Part shown: in pieces, positions 32,490-42,554 of the stretch
Numbering within the stretch: the first letter of the stretch is position 1
Layout of the letters: every line of letters begins with the position of its first letter
Origin: an uncultured delta proteobacterium
Lineage (GTDB): Bacteria; Desulfobacterota_D; UBA1144; Nemesobacterales; UBA2774
Direction of reading: 5' to 3'
Assembly (NCBI GenBank): GCA_963752995.1
Contig: CAVWAZ010000017.1
Location: forward strand, 148,684 to 212,683
Length of the DNA stretch: 64,000 nt
The notes under the pieces: model-generated
Told to the model about the DNA's origin: nothing
Databases searched by the model: none
What the model saw: the letters and a program-made list of their open reading frames with translations, nothing else
Made by a program: the position numbers and the translations under genes

Positions 32490-33326
32490 TCAATTGAGCG
32501 TACTGGCTTCATCCTTTTTAGCCGTCACGCCGCCCATTTCCTGCTTTATCCCCCTGATCATCATGTACGCGTACTTCCTGTTCTCTACCCAGTCGGGATA
32601 GAAGGACGGGTTCCTGTCGTTCAGTATGCCGTTCAAGACTTCAAGCGCCTCGTCGTATTTCTTCTGCCTCTTCAGATTGGCCGCCAGATATAGCCCGGCC
32701 GATGAAACGTGCGGGTCGAGCGAGACGGACCTCTTGAGATATACCTCGGAAATGTGGAGGTCCCCCCCGAGCATGGACGGAAGGTAGAGATACAGCGCCC
32801 CTGTCATCGCGAGCCCGTTAACGTGGTTGGGGTCGAGCTCGAGCACCGTCTCAAGCTCTCTGCGCACCTCGGGCAGCATGAAGAGGGAATTGAAGAGCCC
32901 CTTCGTATCGCCGAGGGACGCCAGATTGGCGACGTAGAAGAAATGTGCGTCGGCGTTGCCGGGTTCGATCCCGATCGCTTTCTCCGCCGCGTTTTTCCCG
33001 TTCTCGAATACGCGTATGAGCTCCTCCTTGGACCGCGCCTTCACGTATCCGTACGTGAGCCATACGCGGGAGAGGAAAACGAGGGCGGTGACGTTACCGG
33101 GGTCGCGCTTCAAAAGCCCTTCCGTGAGCGCGATAGCCTCGTCTATTTTGTCAGGGTTCTTATGATAGACGCCGAATATCTCCCGGGCGTTCTCGAGAGT
33201 CGGGGCGGCGCTTGTTTCCCCGGGCGTATTAACAGAGACGCTACTACCGTAGGCGTTCACCGCAGGGAATAGCCGGACGAGGAATAAAACGGCAAGCAGG
33301 GGGAGTAAATAATTCTTATTCCGCAT
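32490..33326 (-). CDS. Secreted TPR-repeat protein
   Basis: 278 aa, signal peptide (LLPLLAVLFLVRLFPAVNA), then repeated A..Y..A/L....P-type helical repeats. Confidence 0.65.
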   Translation of the reverse strand: MRNKNYLLPLLAVLFLVRLFPAVNAYGSSVSVNTPGETSAAPTLENAREIFGVYHKNPDKIDEAIALTEGLLKRDPGNVTALVFLSRVWLTYGYVKARSKEELIRVFENGKNAAEKAIGIEPGNADAHFFYVANLASLGDTKGLFNSLFMLPEVRRELETVLELDPNHVNGLAMTGALYLYLPSMLGGDLHISEVYLKRSVSLDPHVSSAGLYLAANLKRQKKYDEALEVLNGILNDRNPSFYPDWVENRKYAYMMIRGIKQEMGGVTAKKDEASTLN

Positions 33327-33343
33327 TATGCGTAATAAGTGTA

Positions 33344-34380
33344 TCAGAGAGAAGGGTCTTTCCCAAAATCCCCGATGTTTTCTATGACCGCGTGGATGAG
33401 GTCGATTGTATGCCCTATGTCGGATTTATAGGCGAGGCAGCTAGGGCTGTGGAGGTATCTGACCGGCACGGAAACGGACGCGGCGCGCGTGCCCTTTCCC
33501 GTGACCTGCATCGCCGTGGCGTTGGTCGAGCCCGCCTTCTTCACCGTGATCTGATAAGGGATGTTTTTACGCTCGGCGGTTTTCATAATAAAGTCGCTGA
33601 AAGGCCTGTGGGCGACGAGGAACCTGTCCGAGAGCCTTACCTCGGGCCCCTTGCCGGTGTTGGCGAGCGTCTTGTGCTCGGATACGCCCGGCACGTCCAT
33701 GGCGACCGTCCCTTCTATGGCTATCGCGAAATCGGGCTCGATAGCGGGCACTATAACGTGCGCCCCCCGGAGCCCCACCTCCTCCTGACATGAAGCGGTG
33801 AGATAGAGGTCGCAGGACTGCCTTGGCTTTCTTCTGAGGGCTTCTACCATTACAAATAGGCCGACCCTGTCGTCTATGGCCTTGGATATGAGCGCGTCTT
33901 CAGTCTCTTCGAAGGGTAGCAGAACGATGCCACGTCCCCGACCCTCACGAGGTCGTTCACCTTGTCCGGGGAGAGACCCAGATCGACGACGCAGTCCTCC
34001 ACCTCGGGCGCTTCCTTGTTGTTCGCGTTCCTGCTCACGTGGGGCGGTATTGCTGCGACGGTCCCCGTGACGGGCTTCCTTCCCCACACGGTTATCCTCT
34101 GCGCGTAAAATACCCTCGGGTCCATACCGCCTAACGGGATCACATGAAGGAACCCCTTGCCGTCGATATGGCTCACCATGAACCCGACTTCGTCCGTATG
34201 GGCGTCGATGACGAGCCTCGGCCCCTTACCGGGTACGTGCGCGATGATATTGCCGAGGGCGTCCTCTCTGATCTCGCTCGTGAATTCGGCGAATATCCCC
34301 CTGATAATTTCCTTAACAGGCCCTTCATGGCCGGGCAGCCCGGGCGCTTCGCAGAGTTTCTTAAGTAAATCCAGGTCCAT
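33344..34380 (-). pseudogene. M42-family aminopeptidase (FrvX/cellulase-M-like), 1 frameshift at ~33925
   Basis: N-terminal part MDLDLLKKLCEAPGLPGHEGPVKEII...GPRLVIDAHTDEVGFMVSHID.KGFL...GG. C-terminal part ...ALISKAIDDRVGLFVMVEAL...SCQEEVGLRGA...IAIEGT.A.D.PG. The two ORFs overlap in different frames. Confidence 0.85.
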
Positions 34381-34452
34381 AAGGGAAATGATTATAACCA
34401 ACGCTGGGCGTAAATCCAGCGTGGGGAGGGAGTTAAGGTGACGGCACGCGTA

Positions 34453-35187
34453 TCAAAGTCCCCACCCGCCGCTGAGATGTATGTTCGTGCCGTTCACGTA
34501 GCGGGCATCGTCGGAAAGAAGGAACAAAGCCGCGTCCACGGCGTCCTTCGTGCTCCCGATGTATCCGGCGGGTATGGTCTTCACCATGCTCTCTAGCTCC
34601 TCCATAGGGGCGCTGCCCGAATTTATGAAACCGGGAGAGATCGCGTTCACCGTGATCCCGTGGGGCGCCAGGAGACGCGCGAGCGAGCGCGTGAGTATGA
34701 GCACGCCTGCCTTCGCTATGTAATGAGCCGTAATCTCGGTCTGTGCGCTCATCTTGTCGGCGTTCGCCATGCCGAAGTTGATTATCCTGCCCCATCCGCG
34801 GGTCTTCATGCCTTCCGCGACAGTGCGGGAGAGATAGAACACCGGGTGCAGGTTGTTGTCGAACATCTCGTGCCAGCCCTCGACGGATTCCTTCAGCAGA
34901 TTTATGCGGTGATAGGGCCCGGCGCAGTTGATGAGCGCGTCTATCCTCCCGAATTCCGCCTCCGCCTTCCTCACGAGGTCAACGGCGGACGCGGGGTTCG
35001 ACACGTCCGATTTATAGTGTATGCCCCGCGCCCCGCGCGACTCTATGTCCTTTACGGTCTCCGCCGCTTCCTTTTTGCTCCTCCTGTAGCAGACGGCGAC
35101 AGACCATCCCCTGTCCGCAAGGGCAAGCGCTATTTCCCTGCCGATCCCCTTCGCCCCACCCGTTATAAGAGCGACCTTTTCAGACAT
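34453..35187 (-). CDS. SDR-family oxidoreductase (FabG-like)
   Basis: 244 aa, TGGAKGIG cofactor motif, NCAG, YIAKAG (YxxxK). Confidence 0.85.
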   Translation of the reverse strand: MSEKVALITGGAKGIGREIALALADRGWSVAVCYRRSKKEAAETVKDIESRGARGIHYKSDVSNPASAVDLVRKAEAEFGRIDALINCAGPYHRINLLKESVEGWHEMFDNNLHPVFYLSRTVAEGMKTRGWGRIINFGMANADKMSAQTEITAHYIAKAGVLILTRSLARLLAPHGITVNAISPGFINSGSAPMEELESMVKTIPAGYIGSTKDAVDAALFLLSDDARYVNGTNIHLSGGWGL

Positions 35188-35258
35188 TAATGTTCTCCAT
35201 TCGTAATATATCTAATATCTATAGAAGCGCCATACCGGCGCGAAGAAAAACAAGGGCA

Positions 35259-36955
35259 TCACCCGCACATCGGAGCGCGTCCGTTATTCGCGGAGACGCT
35301 GCTCCCCCATTCCAGCAATTCCTTACTGCAGTCGTCCCTGTCTATAATCACCTCTATAAGACTGAGGCCGTCGTGAGAGAGGGCCTTCTTTACCGCCTCG
35401 TCTAGCTCACCCTCTGTCCTGACCCTCACGCCGAACCCGTTCCCTTCCCCGGCGTTGAATACGTCGACCAGCCCCGCGTAGTCCCAGTTCTTTATGTCGT
35501 TGTAGGGGCCGTCGTGTATCTCGACCTCTATCGTGTAGCCGCCGTTGTTGATGAGGAAGATTATGGGGTTGAGCCCGTAGCGTATCATCGTCGAAAGCTC
35601 CTGCGCCGTGAGCTGGAACGAGCCGTCGCCGACGAACGTCAGGACGCGCTTTCCTTCCGGGCTCCCGAGGGCATAACCCAGTGTCGCTCCCTACGGACCA
35701 TCCGATAGAGCCGTACTGCATCTGTATCTCGAAGCCGCACCCATCGGGGAGCCTGAGCTTTATTGCGTTAAACCAGGAGTCCCCCGTCTCGGCGATAACC
35801 GCGCTGCCGGGGGTGAGGATCTCCTGAACGCGGGAGAATAGCCTCCTCGTCGTTATAGGGTGCGTCCTTCTTCAGGGGCGGCTCGGGCGCGAGCTCGACG
35901 CGTATGCGTTTATAGGCGGTAAGGGAGGAGTCGTTAGGCTTTATCTTCCCGGCGAGCGCTTCGAGGAAGTCCGGAAGCGCGATATCGCTGTACGTGACGC
36001 CGGGGAGCCTTACGAAATCGGGCCCCGCGTGTATGAGCTTCTCGGGCTTGATGAGCGCCGAAAAGCCGCACGTCGTATAGTCCGTGAACACGGGCCCCGC
36101 GAAGAGGTACATGTTAGCGGATTCCACTATCTCCGCCGTACCCGGACTGCTCACGGGCCCCCAGTACGTGCCTATATAGCCCGGGTGGTCCTCAGGGACG
36201 ATGCCCTTCGCCTCGGGCATCGAGGCGACCGCGTAATGTGAAGCGTCCGCGAGGTTTCTGAACGCGGCCGTCGCGCCGAACGGGCGGAGCTTCGCACCCG
36301 CCACGAGCACGGGCTTTGCTGCCGAACCAAGCAGCTCGGCGGCCTTTGCAACGGCCTCTTCGAGGGCCTCGGGATGGCTCGCGGGTTCTTTGGCGAAATA
36401 CTTCCTTTCGGGAGGCGGCACCTTGAGTCCCGCCAGGTTGCACGGAATCTCCAGATATACGGGCTTCTTCCTGAAGACGCACTCCTCTATCGCCTTGTCT
36501 ATGAGATAGGGCGCGTCATCAAGGTGCCTCACTATGACGGACATGGCCGTGGTATGGGAGAATATGTCCCTCTGATATCCGTAGTGCACCTCGCCGCAGG
36601 TGTGGTGGAGTATCCGGTTCTCCATTTCGGAATTCGTGTTGGGCCCGCCCGAGATTATGAGCACAGACAGGTCCTCCGCGTACGCCCCGGCGATCGCGTT
36701 CAGAGCGCTCAGCCCGCCCACGGAGAACGTGACCACCTGCGCAGCGACGCCGTTCGCCCTCGCGTACCCGTCTGCGGCGTATCCGGCGTTGAGCTCGTTG
36801 CAGCAGCTTATCATTTTCAAATCCCCGTTCTTCAAAAACTCGTCGAGAAGTATAAGGTTATAGTCCCCCGGTACGGCGAAGTAGTGCCTGACGCCCGCCT
36901 CCGAAAGCCTCGATGCTATGTACGACCCTACTGTAACGTGAGTGTCCGCGCTCAT
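35259..36955 (-). pseudogene. ThDP-dependent 2-keto-acid decarboxylase (pyruvate/indolepyruvate decarboxylase family), 2 frameshifts (~35865 and ~35690)
   Basis: N-terminal part TVGSYIASRLSEAGVRHYFAVPGDYNLILLDEF...CCNELNAGYAADGYAR. Own translation of the middle piece: [56 protein letters not shown]. Then [54 protein letters not shown]. Confidence 0.85.
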
Positions 36956-37195
36956 ATGTTCGATCTCCGAGTGTTATTTTTTTTGCGGTTCAGTAAAAAA
37001 CGGAATCCGCTTATCCAGCAATCGTATTGTGGTTTTCCTAAACATAACACCAAAAGCGGCGAGTCGCCGCTGACATACGAAAATATGGCGATTGCAGAGG
37101 AGTTGGAGGAATCGATTATCAGCGGACATTGTCCGCCCGGCGCGTGAATCCTTTATCAGTTATATTAATCTAGAAAGATCGAGAGGCGTAAACAC

Positions 37196-37801
37196 ATGGA
37201 CATCGCGAAGAGAATAGAAGCTCACAGAAGGCTCGTTTCGGGCATATGCTGCCCGGAGCGGAAGGTCGATCCCGAGAATTTGAAAAGCGTGCTCAACCTG
37301 GCCATGGAGATAGCCAGGGAGGGGAGGGAAGGCAGAAAGATAGGGACCATGTTCGTAATATCGGACACCGATTCCACGCTCAAACGCTCCCGCCCCATGA
37401 TACTCGACCCGCTATACGGCCACCCCGATGCCGTGAAGCGCATCGACGACCCCGGAATGCGCGAGACCGTGAAGGAGCTCGCTCAGCTCGACGGCGCGTT
37501 CATAGTTACCGACGGCGGCGTAGTGCTCTCGGCCTGCCGCTACATAGACGCCACGTCGGAAGGGCTCGACCTCCCGTTAGGGCTCGGGAGCAGGCACATG
37601 GCCGCTGCGTCCATAACGAGGACGACGAGCGCCGTAGCCGTGGTCGTCTCCGAGAGCTCGATGGTGCGGGTGTTCGACAACGGCAGCATAGTCGGTGAGA
37701 TAATCCCCGAGCTCTGGATGCTGAGGCAGTACGGCGCTCAGTTCAACGAACAGCTTGTAAGCGAAGCTATCACCGAAGAAGGGGTCATCACCCGTAACTG
37801 A
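37196..37801 (+). CDS. Soluble DisA_N / diadenylate-cyclase (DAC) domain protein with variant motif
   Basis: 201 aa, ...KIGTMFVISD...LAQLDGAFIVTDGGVVLSACRYI...LGLGSRHMAAASITR.TSAVAVVVSESS. The DGA motif is present. RHR is replaced by RHM. Confidence 0.6.
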   Translation: MDIAKRIEAHRRLVSGICCPERKVDPENLKSVLNLAMEIAREGREGRKIGTMFVISDTDSTLKRSRPMILDPLYGHPDAVKRIDDPGMRETVKELAQLDGAFIVTDGGVVLSACRYIDATSEGLDLPLGLGSRHMAAASITRTTSAVAVVVSESSMVRVFDNGSIVGEIIPELWMLRQYGAQFNEQLVSEAITEEGVITRN

Positions 37802-37812
37802 TTGCACGAGTA

Positions 37813-38469
37813 ATGAAGATTATCAACATAGCGGACATACACGGGAACCTGACGCCTATAGACGGCCTGGGCGCAGCACTCTGCCCGGTGGACCTCGTCA
37901 TTATCTCCGGGGACCTCACCCATTTCGGGGACGGCAGGGACGCCGAAGATGTTATATCCTCGGTCGCGAAATATAATAGAAACATACTCGCCGTAACCGG
38001 GAACTGCGACACCAAAGGGGTGGACGAATACCTCTCCGCAAAGGGCCTGAACATACACGGGAGGACCGTAGATATTAAGGGACTTTCCATCACCGGGGCA
38101 GGGGGCTCGCTCCCATGCCCGAGCCCGACCCCGAACGTGTACACGGAGGAGGAATACGCGGAGATATTCGAGGGTTCGCTCGACGGTTCCGGGGACGGGG
38201 CGCCCCGGATACTTGTTTCTCACCAGCCGCCATACGGCACGCTCAACGACAGGCTCGCAAACGGGGACCACGTGGGGAGCAGGACGGTGAGGGAGTTCAT
38301 AGAGCGCCGTAAGCCCCTCGTCTGCTTCACGGGGCACATTCACGAGGCCCCGGGAATCGATACGATAGGAGAGACCAGAATAGTCAATCCCGGCCCCCTC
38401 GGCACCCGCTCATACGCTTATCTCGACATTACCGATAAAATAAACACACTCGAAATAAGGAAGTTCTGA
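37813..38469 (+). CDS. Calcineurin-like metallophosphoesterase (YfcE/MJ0936-like)
   Basis: 218 aa, MKIINIADIHGN...VIISGDLTHFG...AVTGNCD...SHQPPYGT...TGHIHE. Starts 11 nt after the DAC-domain gene. Confidence 0.8.
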   Translation: MKIINIADIHGNLTPIDGLGAALCPVDLVIISGDLTHFGDGRDAEDVISSVAKYNRNILAVTGNCDTKGVDEYLSAKGLNIHGRTVDIKGLSITGAGGSLPCPSPTPNVYTEEEYAEIFEGSLDGSGDGAPRILVSHQPPYGTLNDRLANGDHVGSRTVREFIERRKPLVCFTGHIHEAPGIDTIGETRIVNPGPLGTRSYAYLDITDKINTLEIRKF

Positions 38470-38550
38470 GCGGTGTTGTCCGTTAGGTAACGCCGGGCCC
38501 TCGCTTAGATTGTATATGTATGTTATGTATGCACAGACACTTACAACATA

Positions 38551-39225
38551 ATGTTAGACCATCACATTAAGCATATTTTCCCCGTATTTACCTTGATTTT
38601 CCTCATTACGGGCGCTCCCGGCTCCCATGCACAGGAGCAGAAATACCACCCGCTGGAGAGCTATACGGTCACATACAGGATAGAGGGGAACAGCACGGGG
38701 GAGAAGACCGAATACTCGGGCAATTGGGGAAGGACGCTCTGCTGGACCGAGGCGGCTCAGGTGAAGAGAGCCGGCGGCACGCCGGTCACGATAAACGAAA
38801 AGGTGATAACCAGGATCACTGGCGGGGAGCAGTGGATCATTAAGATCAACCTCGACGATAACAAGGGGACCAAGGTCAAAAGCCCGGTGTTCCCGGAAAT
38901 CTACAATCGCATCAAAGGCAAGGACCCCGCGGAGTTTACGAAGGAGCTCATGACGAACTCGGGCGCGAAGCGGGTAGGGGAGAAGACGGTGGGCGGGGAG
39001 AAGTGCACCGAATGGGAGCTCGGCGAAGGGGCCAGGACATGCATTACCGAAGACCTCGTCAGGGTCGAGTCTTCGCTCGTTCTCGGCGATATATCGGTTA
39101 AGGAAACCGCAGTCGAGGTCAAACGGAACGTCCCCGAGCCCGAGGGAATTTGCGGGACCGGCGCCGCCGTTATTACGGAAACGGATCTTAAAGAAAAGAC
39201 GGACGAGGAAATTAAAGTGCAGTAA
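38551..39225 (+). CDS. Exported hypothetical protein
   Basis: 224 aa with a signal peptide (FPVFTLIFLITGAPGSHA). No recognisable domain. Confidence 0.5.
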   Translation: MLDHHIKHIFPVFTLIFLITGAPGSHAQEQKYHPLESYTVTYRIEGNSTGEKTEYSGNWGRTLCWTEAAQVKRAGGTPVTINEKVITRITGGEQWIIKINLDDNKGTKVKSPVFPEIYNRIKGKDPAEFTKELMTNSGAKRVGEKTVGGEKCTEWELGEGARTCITEDLVRVESSLVLGDISVKETAVEVKRNVPEPEGICGTGAAVITETDLKEKTDEEIKVQ

Positions 39226-39234
39226 ATTTTTTCA

Positions 39235-39275
39235 GGCAGAGGCGTTTATTCAATCCGCCCCTGCCGTTATATTTT
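39235..39275. terminator. Candidate bidirectional intrinsic terminator between convergent genes
   Basis: GGCAGAGGCG-11 nt-CGCCCCTGCC followed by GTTATATTTT, with a T-run upstream for the opposite strand. Confidence 0.45.
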
Positions 39276-39289
39276 AATAGGTTGGATAC

Positions 39290-39904
39290 TTACCCCTTCT
39301 TCCTAATCCCCTCTACCTCAAGCTCTATCTTCACGTCGTCCCCGACCACGAGGCCGCCCGAGTCGAGCGTCTTGTTCCACGTAATGCCGAAGTCCTTCCT
39401 GTCTATCTTCGTCTCGGCGGTGAACGCGGTGCGCTCGTTCCCCATCGGGTCCTGGGCCTTGCCGCCGTACTCGGCGTCGAGCTCGACCTGCTTCGTAACG
39501 CCGTTTATCGTAAGGTCGCCGACGATAATGAAATCGTCCCCGTCACCCTTCTTCACTTCCTTGCTCTTGAAGGTTATCGTGGGATTTTTGGCGACGTCGA
39601 GGAAGTCCGGGGATTTCAGGTGGTCGTCCCGCTTCTGCTTGTTCGTATTAATGCTCGCCGAGGTAATGGTCGTCTCCACGCTCGATTTGCTAATGTCCGC
39701 GTCGTCGAAAGAGTATGACCCTTCTATCAGGTCGAACCTGCCCGTGACGGTGCTTATTCCCATGTGCTTTACCTTGAAGATGACCTGCGAATGATCGGGG
39801 TCGATCACGTATGCGGCGGCCTCGGCGCGCGATTCGCTAACGTCGGCGAACCCCATCGAAACTACGGCGATAAGTACGGCCAAAATACCTTTTGCGGTTC
39901 TCAT
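39290..39904 (-). CDS. YceI-family periplasmic (polyisoprenoid-binding) protein
   Basis: 204 aa, signal peptide, YVIDPDHSQVIFKVKHMGISTVTGRF...SASINTNKQKRDDHLKSPDFLDV.KNPTITFKS...GDLTINGVTK.V.L. Confidence 0.9.
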   Translation of the reverse strand: MRTAKGILAVLIAVVSMGFADVSESRAEAAAYVIDPDHSQVIFKVKHMGISTVTGRFDLIEGSYSFDDADISKSSVETTITSASINTNKQKRDDHLKSPDFLDVAKNPTITFKSKEVKKGDGDDFIIVGDLTINGVTKQVELDAEYGGKAQDPMGNERTAFTAETKIDRKDFGITWNKTLDSGGLVVGDDVKIELEVEGIRKKG

Positions 39905-40094
39905 ATGTAAAGCCTCCTGTTATATAACCGATTTGTAATGCTCGTACGTTTAGATTCCTTTAAAGCACGTACGATTCAAAAAAATACCACACTGTCTCTC
40001 CGTTTTCATAATTATTTTAGAAAGCGCGTTATGACAGCCGGGGCGGCCGATAGGGATACGGCGGGTGATAATGTTTCACGGCCCTACGGGCGGT

Positions 40095-40925
40095 TCAGGC
40101 TTGAATACCCTTTCTTCTTACGTAGAATGCGCCTAACCCGGCGAATCCAAGCATTACCGCGGCCGCTATCATCCCCCATTCATTAAGGGTAGGAATCGGC
40201 CTTACTATGGAGAACTCCTGACCGATGATCTGAAAAACGAGGTCCGGGAAGTCGGCGCCGCAATCGGCCTGGGCCGGCGTGAACTTTACGCATCCGGTAC
40301 TGAACCCGTCGCCCGGGTTCTCCCAGACGAAAGGACTGAGCGTCTGTACGGTCCTTTCGAACCAGAACCACTGCCCGTTCTGAATGAAGCCTATGTTCGC
40401 CCGGACCGAGACCCAGTATATGCCGGGCTGGAGCAGGCACGTATGCGGGAGATCAATGGTAAACTCCGGATTCGTTAAATCATCCGGAAATACATCGTCA
40501 TAAACACATTGGGCTACTAATTGACCCGGCAGGCCGTCCTTGTCCACGAAAAAAACTACGTCGACGGAATCTATGAGGTCAGGGGTAGTTTCGTCGAACG
40601 CCCCGAATGCCCTAACAGTGTCTATAACCCAGAAAAACCCTTCCGGCACGAGGAAATCGTCCGCCGCGCGTGAATCATATTGATTGAGTGATCCTCCCCC
40701 ATCCGTGAAGTCCTGGGAGGAAATGTCGGAAGAAGCTATATTATCCGACTGGTTCCACAAAGTATCGGGAGGCACCGACACGGCGGGCGGGGCATCCGTG
40801 TCCTCCATTAAAGGGCTTATCGCAAACGCGCCGGAGGAGAGAAAAAACACGGCATTAAATAACAAGCAGAGAGAAAGGAGCTTCAGGTATGGGTATAGTA
40901 TGTAACCGAATTTGTCGCGGGACAT
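40095..40925 (-). CDS. Secreted protein with IPTL-CTERM sorting signal
   Basis: 276 aa, signal peptide. C-terminus RPIPTLNEWGMIAAAVMLGFAGLGAFYVRRKG. The body (..AADDFLVP..FWVIDTV...IYWVSV..) is not assigned to a named domain. Confidence 0.75.
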   Translation of the reverse strand: MSRDKFGYILYPYLKLLSLCLLFNAVFFLSSGAFAISPLMEDTDAPPAVSVPPDTLWNQSDNIASSDISSQDFTDGGGSLNQYDSRAADDFLVPEGFFWVIDTVRAFGAFDETTPDLIDSVDVVFFVDKDGLPGQLVAQCVYDDVFPDDLTNPEFTIDLPHTCLLQPGIYWVSVRANIGFIQNGQWFWFERTVQTLSPFVWENPGDGFSTGCVKFTPAQADCGADFPDLVFQIIGQEFSIVRPIPTLNEWGMIAAAVMLGFAGLGAFYVRRKGIQA

Positions 40926-41121
40926 CTCTCATCCTCCTCCAGGAACCGGATTTATTTAGGAAAAATAATCAATTACGAACTTAATTTTAACAGAAACAAG
41001 AATTACTTACAATCTCTCTGTGTTGCCGGTTATTTATGCGCCCCTATACCGAACGTGCCGGTTTGACCATATAGTTTAGTATTGATCTATAAGTCACAAA
41101 TTCTCGAAACCGGAGATTCCA

Positions 41122-41610
41122 ATGCCAGATGTAACTATCCGAGAAGCCAGGGCCGGGGACGCGCTCCGCATGGCCGAGATATTGAGGGAGATCGGATGGT
41201 CCGAGAGGAGGAACGCGCTTCCGCTTGAGGAGGTCGCGGGGCCTATCGAAAAGCTGATCGAGCACTGCGTCAGGGACGGCGAGGGACATTCCATTATAGT
41301 CGCCTCCGATAAAGACGATACGGTTATCGGCTTTCTCAACGTCCACTGGGTCCCGTTCATCATGCTCGGGAGCCTGGAGGGATACGTCTCGGACGTGTTC
41401 GTAAGCCCCACCTCGGGCGGCCTGGGGGTCGGGAAGGCGCTCGTCGAGCGCGTCATCGATGAGGGTAAGCGAAGGGGCTGCATGAGGCTCATGCTCACGA
41501 ACGGCAAGGAAAAGCTCTCTTATAAAACCGGTTTCTACAAGAAGCTCGGCTGGACGGAGAGGCCCTCCGTCGCCAACTTCGTTTACTATTACCAGGAGCC
41601 CTGGTCGTAG
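41122..41610 (+). CDS. GNAT-family N-acetyltransferase
   Basis: 162 aa, ...VIGFLNVHW......GYVSDVFVSPTSGGLGVGKALVERVIDEGKRRGC.RLML... (acetyl-CoA binding Q/RxxGxG/A-like segment). Confidence 0.8.
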   Translation: MPDVTIREARAGDALRMAEILREIGWSERRNALPLEEVAGPIEKLIEHCVRDGEGHSIIVASDKDDTVIGFLNVHWVPFIMLGSLEGYVSDVFVSPTSGGLGVGKALVERVIDEGKRRGCMRLMLTNGKEKLSYKTGFYKKLGWTERPSVANFVYYYQEPWS

Positions 41611-41632
41611 AGACTCTCACGAGATATGACTC

Positions 41633-41669
41633 AAAAAAAGCCCCTTCCCCCGCACGGGAGAAAGAGGCT
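41633..41669 (-). terminator. Intrinsic terminator downstream of the minus-strand IPTL-CTERM paralogue
   Basis: Minus strand reads AGCCTCTTTCTCCCG-TGC-GGGGGAAGGGGCT followed by TTTTTTT. Confidence 0.7.
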
Positions 41670-41737
41670 CAAATTTTCAGTCATCCTGAAGCTTTATCGG
41701 ACCTCTTTAGCGCATCTCATCCTTTTAGTTCTTCAGA

Positions 41738-42307
41738 TCAATTCACTTCTATAGCACATCTGCCTAACAGGGCGTCTTTCCTCCTTGTAACCGTTCTCAC
41801 CGCGAAGAACACCCCGATCAGCGCCAGTCCCCCCGCCGCAGATATCATCCCCCACTCGGAGAGGGTCGGTACGGTCGAAACCCTCCTGTTCGTGAACGTG
41901 CAGGTTGTGAAACCTTGAGACTGACAATGGGCGCTCACGCCGTTCTCGATGAGCGTGATGACTATTCCCGGGTCTCCCTCGCAATCGATATCCACGAGTT
42001 CCCATCCTTCGAAGGGATCCTCAATAATCTCATCGCTCTCACCGGTATTGAGGCCGGCCCCCGTACAACGTGAGTTGGCAGCCAGCGGTAAATTCGTTAA
42101 CGGACCCTCCGCGTATTTCGGTGAATGGAAAGAAAACCAGATCGTCCTCGGATTCATCGGGCGGCAGCTGGGGTGCGCTTTTACAGATTGTTACGCCGCA
42201 GTCCGGCTGTGCTACCGCGGTATCATAAAACGCGGAATAAATAAAAGTCCCAATACAGACAGCGCGAATACGTAAAACGGCAAAGCCTTATGTATGTACG
42301 GTTTCAT
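41738..42307 (-). pseudogene. IPTL-CTERM protein with prealbumin-like-fold domain, paralogue of 42555-43088, 2 frameshifts
   Basis: Own translation. Frame 1 from ATG 42307: MKPYIHKALPFYVFALSVLGLLFIP. Frame 2: AVAQPDCGVTICKSAPQLPPDESEDDLVFFPFTEIRGGSVNEFTAGCQL. Frame 3 (ORF 41738-42157): ...EGWELVDIDCEGDPG...TTCTFTNRRVSTVPTLSEWGMISAAGGLALIGVFFAVR. Confidence 0.75.
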
Positions 42308-42457
42308 ATATTCATCCTCCTTCAGGTTATTAAGATATATATCGATTTTACAATACGATTCATCACGGGGGAATTAACAACAGAATGTTCAACTTTCCCG
42401 GCCCCGATGTGGGATCCCTTCTTTTCCACTCCAGTCATTCCGGAACCACTTCCAATA

Positions 42458-42492
42458 AAAAAGCCCCTTCCCCCGCACAGGAGGAAGAGGCT
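42458..42492 (-). terminator. Intrinsic terminator downstream of 42555-43088
   Basis: Minus strand reads AGCCTCTTCCTCC-TGTGC-GGGGGAAGGGGCT (13-bp stem with 2 G-U pairs) followed by TTTTTTATT. Paralogous to the terminator at 41633. Confidence 0.7.
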
Positions 42493-42554
42493 TCCAATTC
42501 TTTCGTCACCCTGAACTCGTTTCAGGGTCTCATCTTTTTTCTTACGTTTACCTT

